NCBI GenBank assembly: GCA_035221665.1
Contig: CM069166.1
Location: 7,688,001 to 7,752,000 of the forward strand
DNA: 64,000 bases
From: Okamejei kenojei
Taxonomy: Eukaryota
Direction: 5' to 3'
Shown here: in pieces, positions 25,760 to 38,784 of the stretch
Numbering within the stretch: the first letter of the stretch is position 1
Layout: each line of letters starts with the position of its first letter
Position numbers and translations under genes: made by a program
Notes under the pieces: model-generated
What the model was told of the DNA's origin: nothing
Databases searched by the model: none
Seen by the model: only the letters and a program-made list of their open reading frames with translations

Positions 25760-26459
25760 CTGCAATGAACAAGGAAAAAAACCATAAATAAGATAAAATA
25801 CATTAAACAGTTCATGTAATTGCAAAAGTGAGAGATGTCTGCTCTGGGCTTGGTGAAATTGAATATTCCACTATTACTTATTTGTTTCTTATAGCTTGTG
25901 GAAACAATTACAAAATAATGCCAATAGTTAATGGAGACCATCTTGCACAAATGACAAGTGGGTGGGAATCTTTTATGCCCCAAAGGGAAGGAATTAAAAA
26001 GACTGAATTAAAAAGACTCTTTGAGACAATGTGTTGATCATTCCTCTTAAGTACTGACCCACATAGGGGTATTGGATTCATTATCCATTTGAGGAAGGTA
26101 TGATCAGATTAAACTTGGTATGAACATTGATTTCTCCAATATTAGGTAACTTATCAACCAACTTAGATAACCACTTATGAGGTGTTTGCACAGTAATCAA
26201 CCAGAACCAAAACTTCCCCTGCCTTTTTCTCACCTTTCTCCCTAACCCCCTCTTGAATACCCACCCATTTATCCCATAATCCCATCCCCATTTTCCCTTA
26301 CCCTTGCCCTCTTCCACCTCTATCCATTTCTCTGTCTTCACGTTTCACGCCTCTTCTCTCATCATCTCCTTGTCTCACACCTTTTTTTATTTTTTGCAAA
26401 ATCCATCCATTAAACCACCTCACCTATATCTATCAATTATCATTAAGGCACATACTCAC

Positions 26460-26581
26460 CATCATGTGTAATAACACTTGCAGTAACATAAATTGAAGTC
26501 CCAACCAGATTTGTCAATGTTTTCGAAGTTTTCAATCAAGTGTTCCTTTTTCAGGGTGGCTACTCCATTGCCATCTATAAC
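26460..26581 (-). CDS. C3: Complement C3 exon 9 (+1 frameshift as assembled)
   Basis: cag/gtgagt bounded, 122 nt; VIDGNGVATLKKEHLIENFE, then the conserved LVGTSIYVTASVITHDG lies in a shifted frame. Confidence 0.88.
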
Positions 26582-27758
26582 CTGCAAGTACAGTTTAGTT
26601 CGTTCTCGATAATCCAGCTGATTTTCCGTGGCAAGGCTTATGGTAATATTTTTTAATCAAACATTCATGTTACCCCTGAATCTATCTTACACTGACTAAC
26701 TGTTACCATGTTCCCTTTCTTTCAGCATGAATTTTCACAATACTCATTGTAGTTATTCCCCCAATGTTGATTACAACTTTTATTCTCTTAATACAATATT
26801 ATTTTGTTTGTACATTAAATCAGTAATATCTAAAGAAGCCACCCCCAAAAATGCTACTTAAAATAATCAGTTATTTATGTTTTACACCAATGAAAACAAT
26901 GTTATTGATGCACTTTATAAAGGTTAGTCAACCATTTTGTTTTACGAATGTCACATTTAAAATGCAGTTGTTGTGGAAATAATGGAAGGGTTTAAAAGAA
27001 TACAGGTAACAAAAAATGGTTTGGAAGTGCATACGTTATTTGTCCCTGTTACCAATTCACATTAGATTTATCATAGTTACAGAAAGTTGATGAATCTACT
27101 TAAAGATTTTTTTACTAATAAATAGATAAGACTGGGTCAATTTTGTCATTTGAATAAGCATCAATGCAAGTTTAAATCTGACTCCAGTGCAGTTGTTCCC
27201 ATTCAAATAAAGGGAGCCACCATCTAGAGAGAAGTTTGTTTAATTATTCATTGTTAATTATAAGGATGTGAGTTGATTTTAGTGTTCAAAAAGTGTCAAC
27301 TTCTTAAATGCAAAATAATTAATATTTTTAACTTTTCAAAACTATACTTTATGTGCTCAAGTCTTCCTGAGTTGTTGTGAGTGGCAAAGGGAAATGCAGG
27401 GAAATGGGGTTAGCAGCGATAGACATCTTGGTCGGGGTGGATGATTTGTGCAAAAGGCCTGTTTCTGTGCACAATGACTATGATGTTGACATGTTCCTGC
27501 CTAACGCCTTTAACATTTGCATCGCCCCAATTTAATACTTTAACTTGTGAGCCATCCCATCTTTTTTTGTAAATATTTTCCAACTCTTAAAGTCATGAGC
27601 ACTGGTCCCATAGAGCTTCTCTGATGACACGTGAATCACTTGCCCTGCCTCACTTCCCAGAGGAGGTCGAGTGTTGTCCCGTCTCTCATAGAGCCATCAG
27701 CATTTTAATTGAGAAAATATAACTGACACCTTTAACAGATTCTGCTCCATACAAGTTC

Positions 27759-28550
27759 TTGCACAATAACATGGCCCTCAACACCAGCAAAACCAAGGAA
27801 CTGATTGTGGACTTTGGAAGGGGTAGGATGGGGACCCACAGTCCCGTTTATAACAACGGGTCGATGGTGGAAAGGGTCAAGAGCTTCAAATTCCTGGGCG
27901 TGCATATTTCTGTAGATCTCTCCTGGTCCGAGAACACTGATGCATTTATAAAGAAAGCAAATCAGCGCCTCTACTTCCTGAGAAGATTACGGAGAGTTGG
28001 TATGTCTACAGGTGCACAGTAGAGAGCATGCTATGTTGGCTGATAGTAGAGAGTTGGCTTGGTTCGGCAACTTGAGTGCCCATGAGTGGAAAACACTACA
28101 AAAAGTAGTAAACACTGCCCAGTCCATCATCGGCTCTGACCTCCCTACCATCGAGGGGATCTATCACAGTCGCTGCCTCAAAAAGGTTGGCAGCATCATC
28201 AAGGACCCACACCATCCTAGCCACACACTCATCTCCCCGCTACCTTCAGGTAGAAGGTACAGCAGCCTGAAGACTGCAACGTCCAGGTTCAGGAATAGCC
28301 ACTTCCCCACAGCCATCAGGCTATTAAACTCAACCCAAACAAAACTCTGTACATTAATAGCCCATTATCTGTTTATTTGCACTTTATCTGTTTATTTATT
28401 CATGTCTGTATATATTTATATAATGGTATATGGACACACTGATCTGTTCTGTATTCATGCCTACTATATTCTGTTGTGCTGAAGCAAAGCAAGAATGTCA
28501 TTGTCCTATCTGGGACACATGACAATAAACTCTCTTGAATCTCTTGAATC
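27759..28550 (+). mobile_element. Rex1/Babar-like LINE 3' part
   Basis: LNTSKTKELIVDF..FKFLGVHIS..KKANQRLYFLRRL..LPSGRRY..RFRNS; tgacaataaa plus (ctcttgaat)n tail. Confidence 0.85.
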
Positions 28551-28671
28551 TTTCAACTATGGGAGTCGTAATCAATTTGAAATCACTTGCTATTCCAACC
28601 GTATTATTTCACAGCAATCTGCAATTTCCTGAATTCCCAAACTTTTGGAAAATGTCTCTATTTGTACTTAC

Positions 28672-28774
28672 AGGCACTGATTGAAGTGACTTTGCAATGG
28701 GCAACTTTACACCATCTTTCATTATTCCAAACAGGATAAAGGCTCGTCCTTGGACAGGTTTTCCATATGTGAAT
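28672..28774 (-). CDS. C3: Complement C3 exon 8
   Basis: 103 nt; RFTYGKPVQGRAFILFGIMKDGVKLPIAKSLQSVP; gtaagt donor. Confidence 0.95.
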
Positions 28775-29108
28775 CTGTCATGAATAAAACCAGAAAAAAA
28801 ATCTCTACCAAATCAATGTAAATTATCAAATCATGGAATCATGGCAGCACAGGAAGACATTGCACTTGCATGCTCATTCTGCCTCACAGTACAGAAATCT
28901 TTTCATTCCCATTTCCCCAGTCTTTCCCCATTAGCCTACAAATTATTATCTTAATGGCCTGTCCAATTTTCTTTTGACAGCACTGATTATGCTCTCCATG
29001 GCTCTTTTCACACCCCCCTCATATCATTTACCGAAGGTTTTAAATCTGTCTACCATCCTCGCACTGATTGATGGAACAGGTTTTTCTCTGTCCACCTAAT
29101 CCAAACTA

Positions 29109-30690
29109 CAGTGGCATGCAAAAGTTTTCATACCCTTTGAACTTTTCCACATTTTGTCACGTTACAACCACAAACGTAAATGTATTTTATTGGGTTTTCA
29201 TGTGATAGACCAACACAAAGTGGTGCATAATTGCGAAGTGGAAGGAAAATGATACATGGTTTCCAAATTTTATTACAAATCAAAAACTGAAAAGTGTGGC
29301 ATGTAAAAGTATTCAGCCCCCCTGAGTCAATACTTTGTAGAACCACCTTTTGCTGCAATTACAGCCGCAAGTCTTTTGGGGTATGTCTCTACCAGCTTTG
29401 CACATCTAGAGACGAACATTTTTGCCCATTCTTCTTTGCAAAATAGCTCAAGCTCAGTCAGATTGGATGGAGAGCGTCTGTGAACAACAATTTAAGTCTT
29501 GCCAGAGATTCTCAATTGGATTTAGGTCTGGACTTTGACTGGGCCATTCTAACACATGAATATGCTTTGATCTAAACCATTCCATTGTAGCTCTGGCTGT
29601 ATGATTAGGGTCGTTGTCCTGCTGGAAGGTGAACCTCCACCCCAGTCTCAAGTCTTTTGCAGACTCTAACAGGTTTTCTTCCAAGATTGCCCTGTATTTG
29701 GCTCCATCCATCTTCGCATCAACTATGACCAGCTTCCCTGTCCCTGCTGAAGATAAGCATCCCCACTTCATAATGTTTCACAGTGGGGATGGGTGATGTG
29801 CAGTGTTAGTTTTCCGCCACACATAGCGTTTTGCATTTAGCACAAAAACTTCCATTTTGGTCTCATCAGACCAGAGCACCTTCCTCCACATGTTTGCTGT
29901 GTCCCCCACATGGCTTGTGGCAAACTGCAAACGGGACTTCTTATGGCTTTGTTTCAACAATGGCTTTCTTCTTGCCACTCTTCCATAAAGGCCCGATTTG
30001 TGGAGTGCACGACTAATAGTTGTCCTGTGGACAGATTCTCCCACCTGAGCTGTGGATCTCTGCAGCTCCTCCAGAGTTACCATGGGCCTCTTGGCTGCTT
30101 CTCTGATCAATGCTCTCCTTGCCCGGCCTGTCAGTTTAGGTGGACGGCCATGTCTTGGTAGGTTTGCAGTTGTGCCATACTCCTTCCATTTTCGGATGAT
30201 GGATTGAACAGAGCTCTGTGAGATGTTCAAAGCTTGGGATTTTTTTTTATAACCTAACCCTGCTTTAAACTTCTCCACAACTTTATCCCTGGCCTGTCTG
30301 GCGTGTTCCTTGGGCTTCATGATGCTGTTTGTTCACTAACAAACCTCTGAGGCCTTCACAGAACAGCTGTATTTATACTGAGATTAGATTACACACAAGC
30401 GGACTCTATTTACTAATTAGGTGACTTCTGAAGGCAATTGGTTGCACTGGATTTTATTTAGGGGTATCAGAGTAAAGGGGGCTGAATACTTTTGCATGCC
30501 ACACTTTTCAGTTTTATATTTGTAAAAAAATTTGAAAACCATGTATCATTTTCCTTCCACTTCACAATTATGCACCACTTTGTGTTGGTTTTATCACATA
30601 AAATCCCAATAAAATACATTTACGTTTGTGGTTGTAACGTGACAAAATATGGAACGGTTCAAGGGGTATGAAAACTTTTGCAAGCCACTG
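29109..30690 (-). mobile_element. Full-length Tc1 (DD34E) transposon, Passport-like, with about 210-bp IR/DR TIRs
   Basis: TA duplications at 29107-08 and 30691-92; termini CAGTGGCATGCAAAAG / CTTTTGCAAGCCACTG; inner direct repeats near 29296-29320 and 30477-30502. Confidence 0.96.
29327..30320 (-). pseudogene. Frameshifted Tc1 transposase
   Basis: MKPKEH..GRPPKL..WSDETK / [17 protein letters not shown] / ..AAKGGSTKY* split over three frames; D-to-E spacing 34. Confidence 0.93.
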
Positions 30691-31313
30691 TAGCTTGGTC
30701 ATAATTGCCCTCATTCCTCTTTGCTTGAAGATAATGTCCATTATCCTTACAGCTGCAATACTTCTCTAAACCTCGATCATTCCAGTAAATCATTTCTACA
30801 TTTTCCTCTGCTTGCCACATGTAATCTGGTCAAAGTGTGACAATCGGTTGGAGCTGGTACTCCAGATGTGAAAAATGGGTGATTTATGCAGGTTTGAATT
30901 CACCATCAGCCAACATAAAATACATGGTGTAGAAGTAAAAAAACTGTAGATGTTGGTTTATACCAAAGATAGACACAAATTGCTGTAGTAACTCAGTGAA
31001 TCAGGCAGCATCTCTAGAGAAAATCAATTGGTGACGTTTCAGGTATGGACCCTTCTAAAGGGACCTTTCAGATCCTCCTTCTGAAGTTGAGTCATGACCC
31101 AAAACGTAGCCCATCATATCTCTGCAGAGATGCTGCCTGACCTATTGAGTTTCTCCAGCACTTTGCGTCTACCTACAAAATACAAGGTAACTACCTGACA
31201 CCAGTCAAATCAATGCAGAGGTGAAATCGACACAACACCCAATTTATGCACTACTATAATGCCATCAACCAAAGCCAAATTCTCCATCAATTTTCACCAG
31301 ATACCATTTTTCT

Positions 31314-34300
31314 TTTTTTTATAGTTATTTTTTATTAGAGGCATGTACATGTAGGCATGTAATTTTTATTAGAGGCATGTAATTTTTATTAGAGGCATGT
31401 AAAGATGGGATAGCAAGCACATTTGGAAAGTGGTGAAATCATTGGACAAAGTCAGCATGGATTTTACAAAAGGTAAATCATGTCTGACGAATCTTGTGGA
31501 ATTTTTCGAGGATGTAACTAGTAGCGTGGATAAGGGAGAACCAGTGGATGTGGTATATCTGGACTTCCAGAAGGCTTTCGACAAGGTCCCACATAAGAGA
31601 TTAGTATACAAACTTAAGCATACGGTATTAGGGGTTCAATATTGATGTGGATAGAGAACTGGCTGGCAAACAGGAAGCAAAGAGTAGGAGTAAACGGGTC
31701 CTTTTCACAATGGCAGGCAGTAACTAGTGGGGTACCGCAGGGCTCAGTGCTGGGACCCCAGCTGTTTACAATATATATTAATGATCTGGATGAGGGAATT
31801 GAAGGCAATATCTCCAAGTTTGCGGATGACACTAAGCTGGGGGGCAGTGTTCGCTGTGAGGAGGATGCTAGGAGACTGCAAGGTGACTTGGATAGGCTGG
31901 GTGAGTGGGCAATGTTTGCAGATGCAGTATAATGTGGATAAATGTGAGGTTATCCACTTTGGTGGCAAAAACAGGAAAGCAGACTATTATTTAAATGGTG
32001 GCCGATTAGGAAAAGGGGAGATGCAGCGAGACCTGGGTGTCATGGTTACACCAGTCATTGAAAGTAGGCATGCAGGTGCAGCAGGCAGTGAAAAAAAGCG
32101 AATGGTATGTTAGCTTTCATAGCAAAAGGATTTGAGTACAGGAGCAGGGAGGTTCTACTTCAGTTGTACAGGGTCTTGGTGAGACCACACCTGGAGTATT
32201 GCGTACAGTTTTGGTCTCCAAATCTGAGGAAGGACATTATTGCCATAGAGGGAGTGCAGAGAAGGTTCACCAGACTGATTCCTGGGATGTCAGGACTGTC
32301 TTATGAAGAAAGACTGGATAGACTCGGTTTATACTCTCTGGAATTTAGGAGATTAAGAGAAACTTACAAAATTCTTAAGGGGTTGGACAGGCTAGATGCA
32401 GGAAGATAGTTCCCGATGTTGGGGAAGTCCAGGACAAGGGGTCACAGCTTAAGGATAAGGGGGAAATCCTTTAAGACCGAGATGAGAAAGACTTTTTTCA
32501 CACAGAGAGTGGTGAGTCTCTGGAACGCTCTGCCACAGAGGGTAGTTGAGGCCAGTTCATTGGCTATATTTAAGAGTGAGTTGGATGTGGCCCTTGTGGC
32601 TAAGGGGATCAGAGGGTATGGAGAGAAGGCAGGTACGGGATACTGAGTTGGATGATCAGCCATGATCATATTGAATGGCGGTGCAGGCTCGAAGGGCTGA
32701 ATGGCCTACTCCTGCACCTAAATTTCTATGTTTCTATGTTTTTATATCCTTAGTCCAGACCATTACAAACTTTGTTAAATGGTTACATATTCAATATTCA
32801 GGATTCAAGGACTCCTACTACCAATGTAGCAGGAGTCTACAATTTATCGGTTACATATTAACATTTGACTCTAATTATTATTATTATTATTTTTTTTAAT
32901 AGCTAGAAAAAATAAAGAAAAAGAAAAAAAACTTAGAAACATAAATAAACTATTCCATAATACAACTTAGGAGATAGGTCCGTAGGTAAGAAAACAAAAC
33001 TATTCGTCCAGTCCTGGGTTCAAGCTTCCGTCGAGCCTCAGCGCTGGCCCATTCTACCCCTTCAAATAAATCTATGAACGGCGACCATATTCTAATAAAT
33101 AATTCTGGTTTGTCAATTAAAGACAAATCTAATTTTTTCCAGATTTAAGGTCTCCGACATCTCCGTAATCCACATTTTAATTGTAGGGGATGCAGGGTTT
33201 TTTTTCAAAATTTTAATATTAGTTTTTTTCCCAGTTATTATATACTATAATCCAGGAAATTTCTTTGGTTTATTTGTCAGTTTTAGGTATTGTTCAGACA
33301 TGCCCCGAATATTATTAATTTAGGATTGGGATCCAGTTGAATATTAACCACTACAGAAATATTTTTAAAAATATCCACCCAAAATTATTTTAATTTTTAT
33401 GCAATTTACAAAGGTATGGGTTAAATTAGTCTCAGAGTATTGACATTTATCGCAGATAGGAGAGATTTTAGGAAAAATTCTATTTAATTTTGTTTTAGAA
33501 TAATGCAATCTGTGTAATATTTTAAATTGTATTAAAGAATGTCTGGGCGTGTTAACGAACATTGATGTATATGTTGTAGACTTCATCCCCAAATATCTTT
33601 CGTTATGGGTTGAACTAATTCATTTTCCTATGCTTGTCTATGGATTCCGTCGACGGATTTCTCGCTATCTAACAGAATATTATAAATATATGAATATTAA
33701 TTTGACTGTGTTGGGTATGTTTATTCAAACATTCATCAGTCTAGAATCTCTGGCTCTCTAATTATGTATTCTTGTGTATGTGATTTAACATAATCTTTCA
33801 ATTGTAAATATCTAAAACAAATATTTGAATGCAATCCATAATTCTGTTGTACCTCCAGAAACGAAAGGAACACACCTGTTCTATAAAGATGGTCCCATCT
33901 TTTTAATTCCATAGGTTTTTCCATTGGGTAAAGCCTTTACCCAATACCGAAGGCTTAAATGAAGGGTTATTTGCAATAGGGAGCAAAAGTGATAAATTAT
34001 CCAATTTTAATGTTTTTTTTATTTGTTTCCAAATTTGAATACTGCTATGTATTATTGGATTTTCACTATAGATCTTTTTATTCAATTTTGTAGGGGATAG
34101 GAAAATCGGGCCAATTTCAAATGGCAGACAATCCTCCTTTTCCATCTTTAACCAGTCTGGTTGTTGATCCATATCTTCCAACCAGAAATTTAAGTTTTTG
34201 ACATTGACTGTCCAGAAATAAAATAAGAAATTTGGTAAATCACTCAAAGCAGATATAACGTTCCTTCAAGAGACTCACCTTTAAAAAGACGCACAGCATA

Positions 34301-36837
34301 GATTGAAAGCAAAATGGATCGCTGAAACATATCACTCTTCATTTTCCCATAAGGCCAGAGGTGTCGCAATTTTAATTCGTAAAGGTATATCTTTTAAACA
34401 CATATCAACTATAGCGGACATCAATGGCAGATATATTATACTAGTGGGTGAATTATATTTTTAAAAAAGCGATTTTTCTCAATGTTTATGGACCAAATTT
34501 TGATAATCCCTAATGTTTTTTTTTTTTAAGAATATACTTAATACTATTCCAGAGCTCACACAACATAATTTGATAATTGGTGGAGATTTAAAATTGTACA
34601 TTAGATTCCTATCTCGATAGATCAAAACAAGACAAAGAAAAGCAAAATCCAAATCAAGTGAATTATTAACTCATATATTAATACCACCAATATCAAGGGT
34701 GTTTTGGAGAATTGAAAATCCATCCGGAAGGGAATACTCATTTTACTCTTTTCTTTTTCTCTTTTTTGGGGGTCTTCAAGTACATAAAACCTATTCAAGG
34801 ATAGACTACTTTTGTTAGTAGATTTCTAAACTCATCCCATTTACTTATAATTCGAAATATCAATAATATTATAATTTCGGATCATGCGCCATTAACATTC
34901 AGGATCAAACTAAGTGGATGACTGACAAAGCAGATACTATGGAGACTTAGTCCCAAATTTAATAGATAAAGCATGCATGAATATCTTTCAAACAGATAAA
35001 TATGTTTTTTGAGAGAAATAACTGCCCGAAATATGCTGCCTCCCTTCTTGGGTAACATTTCAAAGCATTATGTGTGAGCGTTAATCTCCGCACAAGCCTG
35101 TCTAATAAAAAGAGAACCGTGCCAAACAATGGTATTGGAAATGGAAATAAGGCAATTAGATATGGAAAAATGCAATCGCGCCTTCTACTAATAATGACAA
35201 AATAAAATTGCTGTTCAAAATATAAAGTTAAAAACCAAATATACTCAGGACCAATTCTATAAAATTTTAACAAAAGACTAAACAGTTACACCTTGAATTT
35301 GGAGACTAAACCACAAAAATTTACTGGCACGCCAACTTCCGGAAACAGAGAAGGGGAAAAAAACAATATAACAAATTAACTCAGATTACGGGAGAATACT
35401 GAGTCACACTACCTAATGGATATTAATGAGAGACTCTCTCAATACTATCAAACACTTTATTCAACCCAAAATGGCAGAGGGTTCCTGTAGGAATGGAATT
35501 AATCTTACAGAATTTTAAACCTTACTGTTTTGATTTGAAGAGAGGGAATCTATTAGGGGCCGAAATATCAGTAAAAGAAAGACATGAGGAATCTATTAAT
35601 TCTTTAAAGAATGGAAAGGCCGCTGACCAATGGTTTAAATAGTGAAATTTTAAAAAAAATGTCAATGCTTGAGCTCGCCATGCCTACTAGGACATCTTAT
35701 ATACTCAAGCATTCATGCATGCAGAAACTCCAGAAACTTGTAAAGAAGCAACGATAATTACTTATTCCAAAAACGGATTAGGACCCTTGACGACCAGGTT
35801 GCATATAGAGTCAATTGCTCTATTGACACGATCCAAAAAGTTTAACCACAATTTAGCACACAGATTAAGCTTAGTGATTTATAAAGTAATACACCCGGAC
35901 CAAACTGGCTTTATTTCCAACATGTTATTCATATTATAACTAGACGATTATTCACCAATAAATACTCAAATCGAATAAGCTAGATAAGACTTAGCAGTCA
36001 TCTCTCGCTAGAACGCTCTGAGAAAGCATCTCTTCGATCAAATTGAATGGCCCTATTAATTTCGTGATGGAAACATTTCAATTAGGGAGAAATTTGTAGC
36101 ATGGGTTAAGCTTTTATATACCACATCCAACAGCCAGAAGAATGACAAATCAAATGTTATCCAAAAAAAAATGATTTATCTAAAGGTTGTAGACAAGGGA
36201 TGGCCCTATATCCACCAGTTTACTATTTCTGCGCCCTTGGATTAATAGAACCAACTAGCAAAAAATTCCGAGCTTCTTCCAGAAATATATGGGTATAATA
36301 ATAAAAATACAGTTTAAAAAACTTTCTCTATATGCAGATGATGTATTACTATAAATTACAAATCCAGAAATTAGTATCCCAACCTGTTAATCTTATAAAC
36401 TCAAATTTGGTTTATTCTCGGTAAAAAAATTTAATAGAATCAAATGGAAAAGGGTGAGATTATCCAATAATGGAACTAATTTATATAAATGCAACATCAC
36501 CTATTTAAAATAGTGAATGAAAAATTTAAATACTTAGGAATCTATGTGACCAAGAAATATACTTCTTTATTTAAATCAAATTTCATGCCTTTACTTAATT
36601 GCATAAGAATATTCAATATTGGAAAACGCTTCCTATTTCAATGCTCGGTAAAATTAATGCAATTAAAATGATTTTCCTTCCTCAACTTCTATACCTCTTC
36701 CAATCAATTCCAATATACCTCCCTAAAAATGTCTTAAAAAAATTGACTCCATTGTAACAAGTTTTATTTGGAATTATAAGAATCACAGAATAAGTAAAAA
36801 ACACTTATGTACATCTAAGACGAATGGGGGGACTCAC
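31314..36837 (-). mobile_element. L1-clade LINE with 5' inversion (twin priming), CR1 nested in its 3' UTR
   Basis: 11-bp TSD accatttttct at 31303-31313 and 36838-36848; T-run tail at 31314; C-terminal ORF2 on minus (32800-34240), EN/RT part inverted on plus (34241-36832). Confidence 0.85.
31391..32738 (+). mobile_element. 5'-truncated CR1 LINE inserted in the L1 3' UTR
   Basis: [29 protein letters not shown]; (tttctatg)n tail; 20-bp tandem duplication aatttttattagaggcatgt at the 5' junction. Confidence 0.93.
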
Positions 36838-36867
36838 ACCATTTTTCTGATTGAAGAGAATACCAAC

Positions 36868-36955
36868 CTTGCAGTGACTGTGATACGCAATTCTACATCA
36901 TCAATGTGGAAAAATGGCTTTTCTGATTCCAAGGTAACTTCAAAGCTTGGCAACA
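36868..36955 (-). CDS. C3: Complement C3 exon 7
   Basis: 88 nt, phase 1->2; VLPSFEVTLESEKPFFHIDDVELRITVTAR (thioester-protein VLPSFEV motif). Confidence 0.95.
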
Positions 36956-37049
36956 CTGCAAGATTAACAAGATAAATAATATTGTACTTCTCGATGACAA
37001 ATCCAAGACATAATCCCAATGAATGTACATAATCGCTTGTTGTATTATT

Positions 37050-37549
37050 NNNNNNNNNNNNNNNNNNNNNNNNNNNNNNNNNNNNNNNNNNNNNNNNNNN
37101 NNNNNNNNNNNNNNNNNNNNNNNNNNNNNNNNNNNNNNNNNNNNNNNNNNNNNNNNNNNNNNNNNNNNNNNNNNNNNNNNNNNNNNNNNNNNNNNNNNNN
37201 NNNNNNNNNNNNNNNNNNNNNNNNNNNNNNNNNNNNNNNNNNNNNNNNNNNNNNNNNNNNNNNNNNNNNNNNNNNNNNNNNNNNNNNNNNNNNNNNNNNN
37301 NNNNNNNNNNNNNNNNNNNNNNNNNNNNNNNNNNNNNNNNNNNNNNNNNNNNNNNNNNNNNNNNNNNNNNNNNNNNNNNNNNNNNNNNNNNNNNNNNNNN
37401 NNNNNNNNNNNNNNNNNNNNNNNNNNNNNNNNNNNNNNNNNNNNNNNNNNNNNNNNNNNNNNNNNNNNNNNNNNNNNNNNNNNNNNNNNNNNNNNNNNNN
37501 NNNNNNNNNNNNNNNNNNNNNNNNNNNNNNNNNNNNNNNNNNNNNNNNN
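37050..37549. other. Assembly gap (500 N)
   Basis: Run of N. Confidence 1.
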
Positions 37550-38686
37550 ATATTTGAGGTGTTAGATAGGTGTGTGTGTAGGGGGGGAAATAAGGAGTAT
37601 GGGGGAGTGGGGGGGGTTAAGAAGGGTAGTTTGATATAAGTGGGAGGAGGGAGGTGTTTTTGATGTGGAAATGGAGAAAGAGATTGCATATGAAGAATGG
37701 ATAGGTGATGGAGTGATGAAAATTATGTAAACGGCAGCACGCCACCATAGGCGCTACGCCCATTGCGGGTACGGGCGAAGCTCTCCGCTAATCCTCTACT
37801 CCTTCTGAACAAAATGGTACAGGGGCACGAAACCCTGTGTGAAAAAGGTTTTCCTCATCTCCGTTCTTAATGGCCTAACCATTTAGTCTGAACTGGCCCC
37901 GGGTCTGGACTCCATCAACATCGAAGATGGTTCCCTGCCTCTAGCGTGTTCCCAACCCTTAATAGTCTTATATGTTTCAAAAGATCCCTCTCATCCCTTC
38001 TAAAGTCCAGTGTATACTCCTCCAGTTGCTTCCCATTCTTCAACAATTGACAGCCATGACAGCCCGGAAATTAACCTTGGTAAATCATGCTTGATTTTGT
38101 CATTGACATAAACTTTGACCAACTCTGTATCAATATATACAATGATTCCGCTTCCCCAGCTCGAAGGAAGAGAAAGCGAGAACCATCTCCCAAAAAAGGA
38201 GAAATTCTTTCTCATTTACCTTTCAACAGTAGATGCTTTATCCTGCCCCCAGTTTAGATTCTCCAACAATGTGAAACATTCGCCCATCATTTAGTTTCTG
38301 AACTATATTTAAGAGTGAGTTGGATGTGGCCCTTGTGGCTAAGGGGATCAGAGGGTATGGAGAGAAGGCAGGTACGGATACGGTTGGATGATCAGCCATG
38401 ATCATATTAATGGCGGGCAGGCTCGAAGGGCTGAACGGCCTACTCCTCACCTAATTTCTATGTTCTATGAACTGATGCTCAAACTTATGCTGCCCCGGCC
38501 TTCCTGCCTGTGTTTAGGTAAACTTTTGTTTCAATTTTTCTTCATCGGAGGTCGTTAACCCCTCCCAAATGTTTTTCCATCAGATCTACCACATTCTTTC
38601 AAAAAAACAATAAACTAGGCCCAAACTGGTACAATTAAACTAGGCCCAAACTTTAATATCTAATTGTGGCAGCAATGTGTACTTAC

Positions 38687-38784
38687 TTCACAACCTCTGT
38701 AGTATAGAAAAGGTCTTTCCGACAATTCCAGCAGCATTTTTTTTGTATGAACTTCTGTCAGCTCAACAATGACATCTTTGAACT
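38687..38784 (-). CDS. C3: Complement C3 exon 5 (indel-disrupted as assembled)
   Basis: tttcag..gtaagt bounded, 98 nt; C3-like pieces DVIVELTEVHT / AAGIVGKTFSI / EVV fall in three different frames. Confidence 0.7.

Noticed and set aside
37019-37689. Long ORFs in the track
   Set aside because: Artefacts of the N gap.
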